From assembly GCA_028291505.1 (NCBI GenBank), contig JAQGHW010000423.1:1-51080 (forward strand): DNA of 51,080 nt, in the 5' to 3' direction. The notes beneath the pieces are model-generated. The model searched no databases and had not been told where the DNA came from. It saw only the letters and a list, made by a program, of their open reading frames with translations. Each line of letters starts with the position of its first letter. Position 1 is the first letter of the stretch. A program made the translations under genes and the position numbers. The stretch is from Rhodopila sp. GTDB lineage: Bacteria > Pseudomonadota > Alphaproteobacteria > Acetobacterales > Acetobacteraceae. This document shows positions 20,343 through 30,358 of this stretch, piece after piece.

Positions 20343-22199
20343 CTACGCCGCTGCGCGCTTGCGGACGAAAGAGGCGATCGAGGCCAGGGCGGCGGGTGTC
20401 ATGCCCTGAATGCGGGCGGCCGCCCCAAGCGACTCCGGGCGCGTGTGGTTCAGCTTTTCCCGGATCTCCGTCGAGAGGCCGCCGATATCCTCGAACGCGA
20501 TCCCATCCAGTTCCACGCCGTCCTCCCGCCGGCTCAAGCGAGCCTCCGCCTGCTGCCGGTGCAGATAGCCGGCGTAACGCGCCTCGGTGCGCAGTTGCTC
20601 TGCCGCCCGCTCCGGCAATGCGGCAAGCCATGGAAACGCTGCGCACAGAGACGGCCAGGTAACGCCGTCGTTGCCCGCGAGATCCACCACCGATCGCCAC
20701 CGCCCATCCGCGGCGGGAACGATCCCCAGCCGGCCCATCGCGGCGGCAGGCAACCCTTCCTCGCTGGCTCGCTGCATCGCGGCTCGGAACGCTGTCTGAT
20801 GCGCCTTGAAAGCAACCTCCCGCACAGACCCCACACAGCCCCAACCGATTCCCTTTGCCGTCAGCCGAAGATCGGCGTTATCCGCACGCAGACTGAGCCT
20901 GAATTCCGCCCGCGACGTAAACATCCGGTACGGCTCGGCGACGCCTTGAGTCGTGAGATCGTCGACCATCACGCCTAAGTAGGATTCAGTCCGGTCGAGC
21001 CATACAGGTGTCTGTCCACCCGCCGCGCGCCCTGCATTGATCCCGGCAAGCAGGCCCTGGGCAGCGGCCTCCTCATACCCGGTCGTGCCGTTGACCTGCC
21101 CGGCGAGGAACAGTCCCGGCATCGCGCGGAGTTCCAGCCCCCGTGTAAGCGCCCGAGGATCGACGTAGTCGTACTCAACTGCATAACCCGGCCGGATCAT
21201 CCGACTATGTTCGAGGCCGGGAATGGTCCTCAGGATAGCCTGCTGCACTTCCTCCGGCAGGCTGGTGGATATGCCGTTCGGGTAAACCGTCGGATCGTCC
21301 AGACCTTCCGGCTCAAGAAAGATATTATGACGGTCTTTGCCGGAGAACCGGACGATCTTGTCCTCGATCGACGGACAATAGCGTGGGCCTCGGCCGGCAA
21401 TTTGCCCGGAATAAACCGCCGACCGGTGGATGTTCGCCCGGATCACTGCATGGGTCGCCTCCGTCGTACCGGTCACTCGGCATTCGATCTGCCGGTTCAG
21501 TAGACGGGCAGTCAGTGTGCTGAACGGCTGCGGCTGGTCGTCGCCGGGATCGGCACGTAACCCGTCCCAGTCGATGGTTCTTCTGTCCAACCGCGGGGGC
21601 GTGCCAGTCTTGAGACGGCCAAGCGGCAAACCCAACTGGCCGAGCGTCTGAGCCAGCCCGACCGATGGCGCTTCCCCCATCCGCCCGGCTGGGGTTTGCC
21701 GATCTCCTATATGGATGATCCCGCGCAGGAACGTGCCGGTTGTCAGCACCGCTGCGCCGCATTCAACCCGCTGCCTTGCCGCACAGATGACCGCCGAAAC
21801 CCGCCCGTCGTGGTCCGTTTCCAGGTCTTCGGCCGAGGCGGCCGACAGCGTGAGGTTCGGTGTGTCCTCCAGCAGCCCGCGCATCGCACGCCGGTACAGC
21901 GTACGGTCCGCTTGCGCACGCGGACCGCGTACCGCCGGTCCCTTGCTGCGATTGAGCAGCTTGAAGTGGATCCCGGCGGCGTCGGCGGCACGCCCCATCA
22001 GCCCGTCCAGCGCATCGATCTCCCTCACCAGATGGCCTTTTCCGATGCCGCCAATCGATGGGTTGCACGACATCTCGCCGATCGTCCCCAGCGAGTGGGT
22101 CAACAGCAGCGTGCGTGCGCCGACCCGCGCGGCCGCCGCGGCTGCCTCACAGCCGGCGTGTCCGCCCCCAACAACGATGACATCGTAGCTTTTGGTCAT
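20343..22199 (-). CDS. mnmG: tRNA uridine 5-carboxymethylaminomethyl modification enzyme (GidA)
   Basis: [62 protein letters not shown]. Confidence 0.98.
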   Translation of the reverse strand: MTKSYDVIVVGGGHAGCEAAAAAARVGARTLLLTHSLGTIGEMSCNPSIGGIGKGHLVREIDALDGLMGRAADAAGIHFKLLNRSKGPAVRGPRAQADRTLYRRAMRGLLEDTPNLTLSAASAEDLETDHDGRVSAVICAARQRVECGAAVLTTGTFLRGIIHIGDRQTPAGRMGEAPSVGLAQTLGQLGLPLGRLKTGTPPRLDRRTIDWDGLRADPGDDQPQPFSTLTARLLNRQIECRVTGTTEATHAVIRANIHRSAVYSGQIAGRGPRYCPSIEDKIVRFSGKDRHNIFLEPEGLDDPTVYPNGISTSLPEEVQQAILRTIPGLEHSRMIRPGYAVEYDYVDPRALTRGLELRAMPGLFLAGQVNGTTGYEEAAAQGLLAGINAGRAAGGQTPVWLDRTESYLGVMVDDLTTQGVAEPYRMFTSRAEFRLSLRADNADLRLTAKGIGWGCVGSVREVAFKAHQTAFRAAMQRASEEGLPAAAMGRLGIVPAADGRWRSVVDLAGNDGVTWPSLCAAFPWLAALPERAAEQLRTEARYAGYLHRQQAEARLSRREDGVELDGIAFEDIGGLSTEIREKLNHTRPESLGAAARIQGMTPAALASIASFVRKRAAA

Positions 22200-22332
22200 G
22201 CATTGCTTTCTGCCATAGAAGCGCCCCCTCTCGCCATGCCCTTGAGGTCCCCTCTTCCGTCAGGTCCGCGGCAAGCCCATGATGGGCGAAGCACCCCGTC
22301 GAGGGCGCCGATAATCAGGGGGAGGTTCGGCC

Positions 22333-24618
22333 ATGGCCGATGGCGCGATCGATACACGCACCGCACGTATATCCGCGGAAGAAGCATTGGCTATGCATGC
22401 CAGTGGTCGACCGGGGAAGCTGGAAACCCGTATCAGCAAGCCTATCACTACCGCTCGGGACCTTTCGCTGGCCTACTCCCCGGGTGTCGCCGAACCCTGC
22501 CTCCATATCGCCCGCAACCCGTCGCTCGCCTATGAGTACACGACCAAAGGCAACATGGTCGCCGTGATCTCGAACGGAACCGCCGTTCTCGGCCTCGGTA
22601 ATTTGGGGGCAGTTGCCTCGAAGCCCGTGATGGAAGGCAAGGTTGCCCTCTTCAAGCGTTTCGCCGACGTCGATGGGATCGATCTTGAAATCGGAACCGA
22701 GGATGTCGACGAATTCGTCAATGCCGTGCGCTTCCTGGGGCCCGGCTTCGGCGGGATCAACCTTGAAGACATCAAGGCACCCGAGTGCTTCGTCATCGAG
22801 CAGCGGCTGCGCGAGTTGATGGACATCCCGGTTTTCCACGACGATCAGCACGGTACCGCTATCGTTGCCGCCGCCGGCCTGATCAACGCGTGCCACCTCA
22901 CCGGCCGTGAATTGCGCGAAACCAAACTGGTGGTAAACGGCGCCGGGGCGGCAGCGATTGCTTGTGTCGAACTTCTCAAAGCCATGGGTATGCGTCCAGA
23001 CCACGTGATCCTGTGCGACACCAAGGGCGTCGTCTACCAAGGCCGCACCGCGGGCATGAACCAGTGGAAGTCGGCCCATGCGGCCGCCACCAAAGCCCGC
23101 ACGCTCAGTGAGGCCATGGAGGGGACAGACGTCTTTTTCGGGCTTTCGGTCAAGGGCGCACTAACCCAGGAGATGGTCGCCTCGATGGCCGACAAGCCGA
23201 TCATCTTCGCCATGGCCAACCCCGACCCCGAGATAACGCCGGAGGAAGCAAGGGCGGTCAGCCCCAATGCGATCATCGCGACCGGCCGCAGCGACTACCC
23301 CAACCAGGTAAACAACGTGCTCGGGTTTCCCTACATCTTCCGCGGGGCGTTGGATGTTCGGGCCAGTACAATCAACGACACGATGAAGATCGCCGCAGCC
23401 GAGGCGCTGGCAAAATTGGCGCGAGAAGATGTGCCGGACGAAGTCCATACAGCCTCAACCGGGCGCCGCCTGGCTTTCGGGCCCGAGTACATCATTCCAA
23501 ACGCCTTTGACCCGCGCCTGATTGCCAGAATCCCGCCGGCGGTTGCGAAGGCCGCGATCGATTCAGGGGTCGCACGGAAGCCGATAGAAGACCTTCGTCG
23601 ATATACCCGCAGTCTCTCAGGGCGACTCGACCCAACGGCCGACGCTCTGGATGCCACGATGGAGATGGTACGGGAAAACCCGCGACGCGTCGTTTTCGCC
23701 GAGGGCGAAGAGCAGAAGGTGGTCCGCGCTGCCTTGGCATTCCGTAACGCCGGCTACGGGCAGCCAATCCTGATCGGGCGCGAGGATCGCGTGAGAGATA
23801 CGCTCGCAGGCCTCGGCCTTGGGGATATCGACGGTATCGAAATCCACAACGCCCGGCTTTCCGGCAGCAACAGCAAATATGTCGAGTTCCTGTACAACCG
23901 ATTGCAGCGCCAGGGCCACCTGCACCGTGACATACAGCGCATGGTGAATCAGGACCGGAACGTGTTCGCCGCCTGTATGGTGGCGACTGGCGACGCAGAC
24001 GCCATGGTCACCGGCCTCACCCGGTCGGCGTCCGTCTGCCTCGGCGACATTCGTCACGCAATCGGGCCGGCCAAAGACGCCATTCCGTTCGGATTGACCT
24101 TGCTGGTCGGCGTGCGCGGAAAAACCATTTTCTTGGCAGACACGTTGGTCAACTTCCGTCCCGATGCCACCCAACTGGCCGATATCGTGGTCGGTGCGGC
24201 AGCCGCGGCACGTCACCTGGGGCATGAGCCACGCGTCGCCCTGCTCTCACACTCGACGTTCGGCGATCCCCCGCACGATCGGGCAGTGCCCATGCGTGAC
24301 GCAGTGGCAATCCTCGATCAGAGGAAGGTTGATTTCGAGTACGACGGCGAAATGAGCCCGGATGTCGCCCTGGTACCGTCCATCCGAGCGCTTTACCCCT
24401 TCTGCCGGTTAACCGGGGATGCGAACGTGCTGGTAGTGCCGGGGCTTCATTCGGCCCACATCGCGGCCCGCCTGGGGCATCATCTCGGCGGCGGAAGTAC
24501 AATTGGTCCGCTGCTGATCGGCCTGGAAAAGCCCGTCCAGATCGTTTCGATGGATGCTTCGTCGAGCCAGATCGTCGATCTGGCATGCCTCGCTGCCTAC
24601 CAATCCGTTACGCGGTAG
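22333..24618 (+). CDS. maeB: NADP-dependent malic enzyme with C-terminal phosphotransacetylase-like domain
   Basis: LAYSPGVA, KPVMEGK, HDDQHGTA, GAGAA, ATGRSDYPNQVNN; PTA-like domain starting RRVVFAEGE. Confidence 0.96.
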   Translation: MADGAIDTRTARISAEEALAMHASGRPGKLETRISKPITTARDLSLAYSPGVAEPCLHIARNPSLAYEYTTKGNMVAVISNGTAVLGLGNLGAVASKPVMEGKVALFKRFADVDGIDLEIGTEDVDEFVNAVRFLGPGFGGINLEDIKAPECFVIEQRLRELMDIPVFHDDQHGTAIVAAAGLINACHLTGRELRETKLVVNGAGAAAIACVELLKAMGMRPDHVILCDTKGVVYQGRTAGMNQWKSAHAAATKARTLSEAMEGTDVFFGLSVKGALTQEMVASMADKPIIFAMANPDPEITPEEARAVSPNAIIATGRSDYPNQVNNVLGFPYIFRGALDVRASTINDTMKIAAAEALAKLAREDVPDEVHTASTGRRLAFGPEYIIPNAFDPRLIARIPPAVAKAAIDSGVARKPIEDLRRYTRSLSGRLDPTADALDATMEMVRENPRRVVFAEGEEQKVVRAALAFRNAGYGQPILIGREDRVRDTLAGLGLGDIDGIEIHNARLSGSNSKYVEFLYNRLQRQGHLHRDIQRMVNQDRNVFAACMVATGDADAMVTGLTRSASVCLGDIRHAIGPAKDAIPFGLTLLVGVRGKTIFLADTLVNFRPDATQLADIVVGAAAAARHLGHEPRVALLSHSTFGDPPHDRAVPMRDAVAILDQRKVDFEYDGEMSPDVALVPSIRALYPFCRLTGDANVLVVPGLHSAHIAARLGHHLGGGSTIGPLLIGLEKPVQIVSMDASSSQIVDLACLAAYQSVTR

Positions 24619-24631
24619 GCAGCCTACATTA

Positions 24632-24656
24632 TTCGGCGCTCCCCGGGGGCGCCGAA
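24632..24656. terminator. GC hairpin between convergent maeB and bactofilin
   Basis: TTCGGCGC...GCGCCGAA 8-bp inverted repeat in a 43-bp convergent gap; no strong U tract. Confidence 0.5.
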
Positions 24657-24661
24657 CGCGG

Positions 24662-25345
24662 TCAGATTACCGGTTCGACAGTCTGCCGGGGGGGCACGTC
24701 GCTGTGTGGCTGGTCGGTGATCATTTCGATCCGGCCCGTGATCTGGCCACCATCCTCAACCTGCAAGCGGCGGCACCGGGCAGTCCCAAGCACCTTGCCG
24801 CTCCCGCGAATGATAAGGCTTCCGCGCGTGGTCAACGTCCCATCTATGGTGCCGGCGATCTCGGCCTCCTCAACCTCCACCTCGCCTTTGAACACGCCGC
24901 CCGGTGCGATCGCCAGTTCGGTTGCATGGATCATCGTCGCCTCGACGGTTCCCTCGACGACAAGGCGCTCGGCATCTTGGACTATGCCCTGGACACTGAT
25001 ACCGCGCCCGACAACGAGCGTACGGCGTTCGGACGGATCGCGTGGCGCCGGGCGGCCAATCGCCGGTCCCGGTCGAATGGAAGCGGCCGGCGCGGAGGGC
25101 GTGGAGGGAGCAGGCGAGAACGGCGGTCGGGACATGTTATGCGCATCCTTAAGCGGAGCGGGGCGGAAAGGAGGAACACCAAGGCCGTTATCCAACGGCG
25201 GTTGGGTAGCATTCAAGGTCGAGGTGCGACGATCCGAATCAGCTGGCACTCCCTTTGGAGCCCCCGGAACTAACGGGAGGCCCGCCGGCAGTGGTGCATC
25301 GATCGTGGTCGAAGCGGACTCGTCGAGTTTGCGACGTTTGAACAA
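24662..25345 (-). CDS. Bactofilin (polymer-forming cytoskeletal protein)
   Basis: TLVVGRGISVQG...LVVEGTVE...GKVLG...LQVEDGGQITG beta-helix repeats; Pro-rich N-terminal region. Confidence 0.9.
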   Translation of the reverse strand: MFKRRKLDESASTTIDAPLPAGLPLVPGAPKGVPADSDRRTSTLNATQPPLDNGLGVPPFRPAPLKDAHNMSRPPFSPAPSTPSAPAASIRPGPAIGRPAPRDPSERRTLVVGRGISVQGIVQDAERLVVEGTVEATMIHATELAIAPGGVFKGEVEVEEAEIAGTIDGTLTTRGSLIIRGSGKVLGTARCRRLQVEDGGQITGRIEMITDQPHSDVPPRQTVEPVI

Positions 25346-25474
25346 GACACTTTACCAAACTGAAAGAGGAGCATCCGCCTACCATGGAGTGCGCCTACCT
25401 AACAACATTCTGTTTTGATTATTCAGATCCATACGCTTTCAAACCATTCGTCGTTCAGGCGTCGCCGCCGCCGT

Positions 25475-25623
25475 TAGAGCATGATCGCGTTGGGCGGCCC
25501 GCGTTTCGTTGGCGTCAGCCAAGCTGACGAAACGCGAGGGGAACGTCCGAAGGGCGCGAATCATACAATCAAACAAGGGGATAGAGCGTTTTCAACCTGC
25601 ACAGTCAGGGTGAAAACGCTCTA
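25475..25623. repeat. RIME/Bru-RS-like palindromic intergenic repeat
   Basis: Begins TAGAGCATGATC, has an A-rich linker ATCAAACAAGGGGA, ends with the perfect 13-bp inverted repeat TAGAGCGTTTTCA...TGAAAACGCTCTA (25582-25623); internal 10-bp IR at 25500-25536. Confidence 0.7.
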
Positions 25624-26320
25624 GAGCCATATCCAGGACATGGACCATAGCCGCCACACCGACGATCGGGATCAACAGGTTCAGCACTGGAACATAGGTT
25701 GCCAGCGCCAGGACCGCACCTTGCACCAAAACCGGGCCCTGACTCGCGCGATACAGCGACTCGGCCGCGGCACGTGGCATCCGTCGCATGGCAACCGCTA
25801 CGAACAGGCCCCGTCCGATCGCGTAAGCGGCCACCATCCAGCCCAGGACCAGACCAATGCCAGGCAATATGAAGGCCAGGATCAACGCTATGATATTCAA
25901 ACCGAGAACCGTGAGCGCCACCACGACTCCGTCCCATGCCTGCTCCAGGAACGGCGTGCCATTTGCCGGCGGAAGCCACGGGTAGAACCGGCGCTCGACG
26001 GATATGGCGATCCGGTCGAGGTACATCGTCCCGATGGCCGCCGCGACGGGAAGGAACAGCCACAGGCTGAGTAGCGATACCGCGATCGAACCAAGGACGC
26101 CCGCGCCCCAGGCCAACAAACCATGCAATTCGAATATCCGGCTGATAATCCAGACCGCCCCTACATGCAGCGCCGTGAAACTTGCGATCGACCACGCGAT
26201 GCTCGTCAGCAGAACGCCCCTGAAGGTTGGATCATCCAGTTGACTGACAGCGCGGGCCACCGGGAGCAAAATCGATGGCTTTCTGAAGGGTTCCACGCGA
26301 CCTGAAATCTCCAGTGCCAA
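25592..26320 (-). CDS. EI24/CysZ-like membrane protein
   Basis: QLDDPTFRGVL, YLDRIAISVERRFYP, YAIGRGLF, VPVLNLLIP; several TM helices; start may be GTG 26296. Confidence 0.85.
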   Translation of the reverse strand: MALEISGRVEPFRKPSILLPVARAVSQLDDPTFRGVLLTSIAWSIASFTALHVGAVWIISRIFELHGLLAWGAGVLGSIAVSLLSLWLFLPVAAAIGTMYLDRIAISVERRFYPWLPPANGTPFLEQAWDGVVVALTVLGLNIIALILAFILPGIGLVLGWMVAAYAIGRGLFVAVAMRRMPRAAAESLYRASQGPVLVQGAVLALATYVPVLNLLIPIVGVAAMVHVLDMALERFHPDCAG

Positions 26321-26594
26321 CCTATCCAGCCCAACCGAACATGCGGGACACGCCTGTGATGTAGGGCTGCGCTCAATGTCGCCACTCCCGCGTCCATTAG
26401 GCGAGACAGCACCGGCTTGGCAAATTCCTTAAACCGTATCCTGAGACTGTTAGGACATTGGCATAACGCGGCGGCCAGCCGATGCCGCGTGGCTCATGTT
26501 ATTTGCGGGAAATCAAAATCTGCCGGAATTTCTCCCTACGCAAGATTGTCGCCTATGATCGGCACAACGTTTCATCGCCGCCCGGAGAGAATCC

Positions 26595-28169
26595 ATGAAC
26601 TACAGACCGTCGCCCCACTTTACCCAGAACTGGGTTCTTTCAAAGCCGTCTGCCAAAGGCCGGCGGGGCGTGGTCGTGTCTCAGGTCCGCAGCGCGGCGG
26701 AGGCTGGAGTCGCGATATTGGATGCGGGCGGTAACGCGATAGACGCCGCGGTCGCGACCGCGCTGGCGCTGGCGACAGTCGAGCCATGGAACTCAGGCCT
26801 GGGCGGGATCGGTTTCGCGCTTGTCCATCGAGCAGGGCAACCGACGGCCGAAGTCGTTGATTTTGGCCCAGTCGCACCACGGGATTTGAACCCTTCGGCA
26901 TTCAAGCTCACCGGCCGCATGAAACAGGATTTGTTCGCATGGCCGGAGGTAGAGGGCGACGCCAACATCCACGGCCCGCTGTCGTTCGCGATCCCGTCCT
27001 CGACTGCCGGCTACGCGCACATGCACCGCACGTGGGGGAAGCTGCCGCTGGCGGAGGTCATCGCGCCAGCTATCGCGCTCGCGAAGCGCGGATTGCCCCA
27101 AGACTGGTACACCACGTTGAAGGTTGGTTCTTCTGCATCGGTACTCCGCCGGTATGCTGAAAGCGCTCGAATATATCTGCCCGACGGTCTGCCGCCAGTC
27201 GCTCCCTATCAAGGACATCCGGGCTTCTTCCGCCTCGGTGCGTTGGGCAATACGCTTGAGCATCTGGGTCGTGCGGGCCTCCGTGATCAATACGAAGGCG
27301 ATATCGCGGCCGCCATCATCGCCGACGTCAAGGAGATGGGTGGTGTGCTTTCCACCGACGATCTCCGATCCTGCACGGCCCGCGTGTTGCCCGCGACGCA
27401 ATTCCCCTGGCGCGGCCAAACGCTGCAATTGGTTGGCGGGCTGACCGCGGCGCCCACCATGATGCGTGTGCTCGAGCAGATGGCTTCCGTTCGTGTAGGA
27501 AGCAAACCGGACGCCGATTGGTTCGTCGCCTTCGGCCGAGCGATGAAGCGGGCATACAAGGATAGGCTGGAAGGGCTCGGCGATGCTGATCCCATGGCGG
27601 CGGAAACCTGCACGACACACCTGACCGTCTGCGATCAGGACGGCACGATGGTTGCGATGACCACAACTCTTCTGTCGTCGATGGGAAGCCGCGTGGTGCT
27701 GCCAAAGTCAGGCATTCTGATGAACAACGGCGTCATGTGGTTCGATCCGCGACCAAACCAGCCAAACTCGATCGCCGGCGGAAAGCGGCCGTTAACCAAC
27801 ATGTCACCCATTATCCTGCGCGATGGAGATCGTCCGTGGTTCGCCGCCGGCGCCTCGGGAGGCCGCCGGATTCTCGCCTCCGTTACCCAGCTTCTGGCAT
27901 TCGTCACGGACTTTGGCATGACGCTCGAGCAGGCGGCCCACCAACCGCGGATCGACGTATCCGATCCCGAGTATCTCTCCGCCGATCGACGATTGCCTGC
28001 GGACGTCATCGACGCCCTGACCGCGGACGGCCCTACCCAGGTGGTGGAACACGGGGTCATGCCGATCAACTTCGCCTGTCCCAATGCTATCATTTCCGAA
28101 CCAGATGGAAGCAGGGTTGGAATCAGCGATGCCGCCTCACCGTGGTCGGCGGCTCTCGTTCAGGCCTAA
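26595..28169 (+). CDS. ggt: Gamma-glutamyltransferase family (Ntn hydrolase), no signal peptide
   Basis: AGGNAIDAAVA, SGLGG, autocleavage TTHLTV, ILMNN, KRPLTNM, GASGG. Confidence 0.88.
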   Translation: MNYRPSPHFTQNWVLSKPSAKGRRGVVVSQVRSAAEAGVAILDAGGNAIDAAVATALALATVEPWNSGLGGIGFALVHRAGQPTAEVVDFGPVAPRDLNPSAFKLTGRMKQDLFAWPEVEGDANIHGPLSFAIPSSTAGYAHMHRTWGKLPLAEVIAPAIALAKRGLPQDWYTTLKVGSSASVLRRYAESARIYLPDGLPPVAPYQGHPGFFRLGALGNTLEHLGRAGLRDQYEGDIAAAIIADVKEMGGVLSTDDLRSCTARVLPATQFPWRGQTLQLVGGLTAAPTMMRVLEQMASVRVGSKPDADWFVAFGRAMKRAYKDRLEGLGDADPMAAETCTTHLTVCDQDGTMVAMTTTLLSSMGSRVVLPKSGILMNNGVMWFDPRPNQPNSIAGGKRPLTNMSPIILRDGDRPWFAAGASGGRRILASVTQLLAFVTDFGMTLEQAAHQPRIDVSDPEYLSADRRLPADVIDALTADGPTQVVEHGVMPINFACPNAIISEPDGSRVGISDAASPWSAALVQA

Positions 28170-28268
28170 CGAAACGAACCCGAATTGAATATTGTGGCAG
28201 CTTTGTGGCAGAAATAGCTTCACTTTTTCGTGTGTCTGGGATACACAAAATCGTGAGGAGCCACGCGG

Positions 28269-30338
28269 ATGCATGTTGTCACCAGCTTTTGGGTCGCTGT
28301 CGGCTGCGCAGCGCTGGCTTCCACCGCGTTTGCGTCGCCCTCGGCAGCCGGAGGACCTGCTTTACCCGAATCACCAAAGCCCTACATTGCAATTAGGCAA
28401 TGGGGTGACCTGATCCAAAAGGCGCTGGATGGCGATGCCGCATCCGCGACCGAAATAGGCAAGATGTATGCTTATGGTACAAATGCTCCACAGGACGTGC
28501 CAGAGGCGATGCGTTGGCTCAGTCACGCGGTCGATCTTGGTTCCGACGAAGCACGCCGTGAGTTGGGGCTCCTGCTTCTCCGGGGCAAAGGAATCCAGAA
28601 AGATCCCGAACTCGCCGCATCGCTGATCCGGCAAGCCGCCGATGCGGGCGATTCTGAGGCTGAGGCAGCTCTCGGCGTGATGTATGCTTATGGGGACGGG
28701 ATATCCCAGGATTGGGCCCTTGCCGTCGACTGGTCGCAAAAAGCCGCGAACCAGGACAACCCGTGGGCGCAGGCCAACCTGGGCTTGTTTCTCGAGTCCG
28801 GCCGCGCAGGGGCACCGGATCCAACCCGGGCCGCAGCTTGGTATCGGCGGGCTGCCGATCATGACTTCCCCCTTGCGCAAGCCCGTTTGGGACTTCTCTA
28901 CCAAAGGGGATTCGGCGTCGAACGAAACCCCACTTCCGCCTTCGGTCTGTACTTGCGAGCGGCCCAGGAGAATGACGCGATAGCGGAACGTCTTCTCGCG
29001 CTTGCCTTCCGCGATGGGATCGGAACGCCGCCCGACCAAACGGAGGCGATTGCGTGGCTGAAGCGGTCATCTCAACAAGGTGACGGCGACTCGATGTACA
29101 TGCTTTCGGAGATTTACGCCGCGGGACAGGGCGTCGCCCCGGATCAGGAGGTATCGCGCAAATTTCTGGTCGATGCCGCCGAACATGGGCATGTGTTGGC
29201 GGCGGCCCAAGTGGGACTCGATTACGCTGCAACTGCCGACCATGCCGATGCTGCTAAATGGCTGGAAGTCGCGGTCGATGGGGCAGCAAAGGAAGCTGAC
29301 TTCCTGCCCGAGGAGCCAGCCAACTTCCGGGGACGCAAACTTGCGCTGGCCCACTATCACCTCGCGATGCTGCTGTTGAACGGAGACGGCATCGCTCGAG
29401 ATGTCACCCGGGCGATTATACTTTTGCATCATGCGTCCGGCCATGAATGCGGACTTGCAACGAATCAGTTGGCGCGAATGTATCATCAGGGCCTGGGTGT
29501 CGCGAGGGACGATGCAATGGCGGTCAGGCTGTATGACGCCGCCGCGTTCGCGGGTGTGGGTTCGGCGGCATTCGATCTGGCGGAGGGGTACAGCACCGGA
29601 TGGGTAGGCGAACGATCCACCGCGATCGCTTTGCGTTGGTTCAGACGGTCCGCCGCCCTCGGCTTCCCTGAAGCCTGGTTCGCACTTGGCCGCGCGTATG
29701 AGGAGGCGTCCGGAGTGGCGCGGGACGACAATGAGGCTCTGACATGGTATCAGCTTGCCGGAAACAACAATGTAGCCGCCGCGCAACTTCGGCTCGGCGA
29801 CATCGCCCGCTTCGGCGAACTTGGCCAACCCCGTAACGATCAGGTTGCCCTGCGCTGGTATCGCCTTGCCGCTGATCATGGTGAAGCGCTCGCGGAAGAG
29901 AAAATCGGAGATCTGTTCTGGCAGGGCTCCGCCGAACTCTCGCGTGACCGTGTCGCTGCCGTACGCCACTACACCATAGCCGCCAGCCGGGCGGTGGCGC
30001 CCGCCGAACGCAAGCTGGCTATCGCCTACGCGAACGGCGACGGCGTACCTGCCGATGATACCCAAATGATGCGATGGGAACGCAAGGCAGCCGAGAGCGG
30101 AGACGCCGTGGCGGCAGGTATGTTGGGCTACGCCATCATGATCGGCCTTGATGGTACCTACGACCTTGTGGAGGCCGCAACTTGGCTGACATTGGCTGCC
30201 GAAAACGCCCAGCAAGGCAAGTGGCGTGCGCTCGCGGCGGATTATTCTCAGGATGCGCAAAGCAAGTTGACGTCACCAGAACGAGAGGCATTTCACGCTC
30301 GCCTCGCCCGCTGGCGGTCGACCTTGGATGACGAGTGA
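28269..30338 (+). CDS. Secreted Sel1-like repeat protein (about 16 repeats)
   Basis: Signal peptide ending AFA; repeated ~36-aa units A..LG..Y..G.G...D...A..W...AA..G. Confidence 0.9.
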   Translation: MHVVTSFWVAVGCAALASTAFASPSAAGGPALPESPKPYIAIRQWGDLIQKALDGDAASATEIGKMYAYGTNAPQDVPEAMRWLSHAVDLGSDEARRELGLLLLRGKGIQKDPELAASLIRQAADAGDSEAEAALGVMYAYGDGISQDWALAVDWSQKAANQDNPWAQANLGLFLESGRAGAPDPTRAAAWYRRAADHDFPLAQARLGLLYQRGFGVERNPTSAFGLYLRAAQENDAIAERLLALAFRDGIGTPPDQTEAIAWLKRSSQQGDGDSMYMLSEIYAAGQGVAPDQEVSRKFLVDAAEHGHVLAAAQVGLDYAATADHADAAKWLEVAVDGAAKEADFLPEEPANFRGRKLALAHYHLAMLLLNGDGIARDVTRAIILLHHASGHECGLATNQLARMYHQGLGVARDDAMAVRLYDAAAFAGVGSAAFDLAEGYSTGWVGERSTAIALRWFRRSAALGFPEAWFALGRAYEEASGVARDDNEALTWYQLAGNNNVAAAQLRLGDIARFGELGQPRNDQVALRWYRLAADHGEALAEEKIGDLFWQGSAELSRDRVAAVRHYTIAASRAVAPAERKLAIAYANGDGVPADDTQMMRWERKAAESGDAVAAGMLGYAIMIGLDGTYDLVEAATWLTLAAENAQQGKWRALAADYSQDAQSKLTSPEREAFHARLARWRSTLDDE

Positions 30339-30358
30339 CGTTCGCCGCCATCAAGCCA

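Noticed and set aside
29067-30260. Long antisense ORFs (also 37674-38669, 48040-49014, 43315-44214)
   Set aside because: Mirror frames of well-supported genes; expected from GC-rich codon bias; no motifs.
28269-30338. Periodic pattern as a CRISPR array or DNA tandem repeat
   Set aside because: The periodicity is at protein level (Sel1); no identical nucleotide repeats with spacers were seen here or elsewhere.
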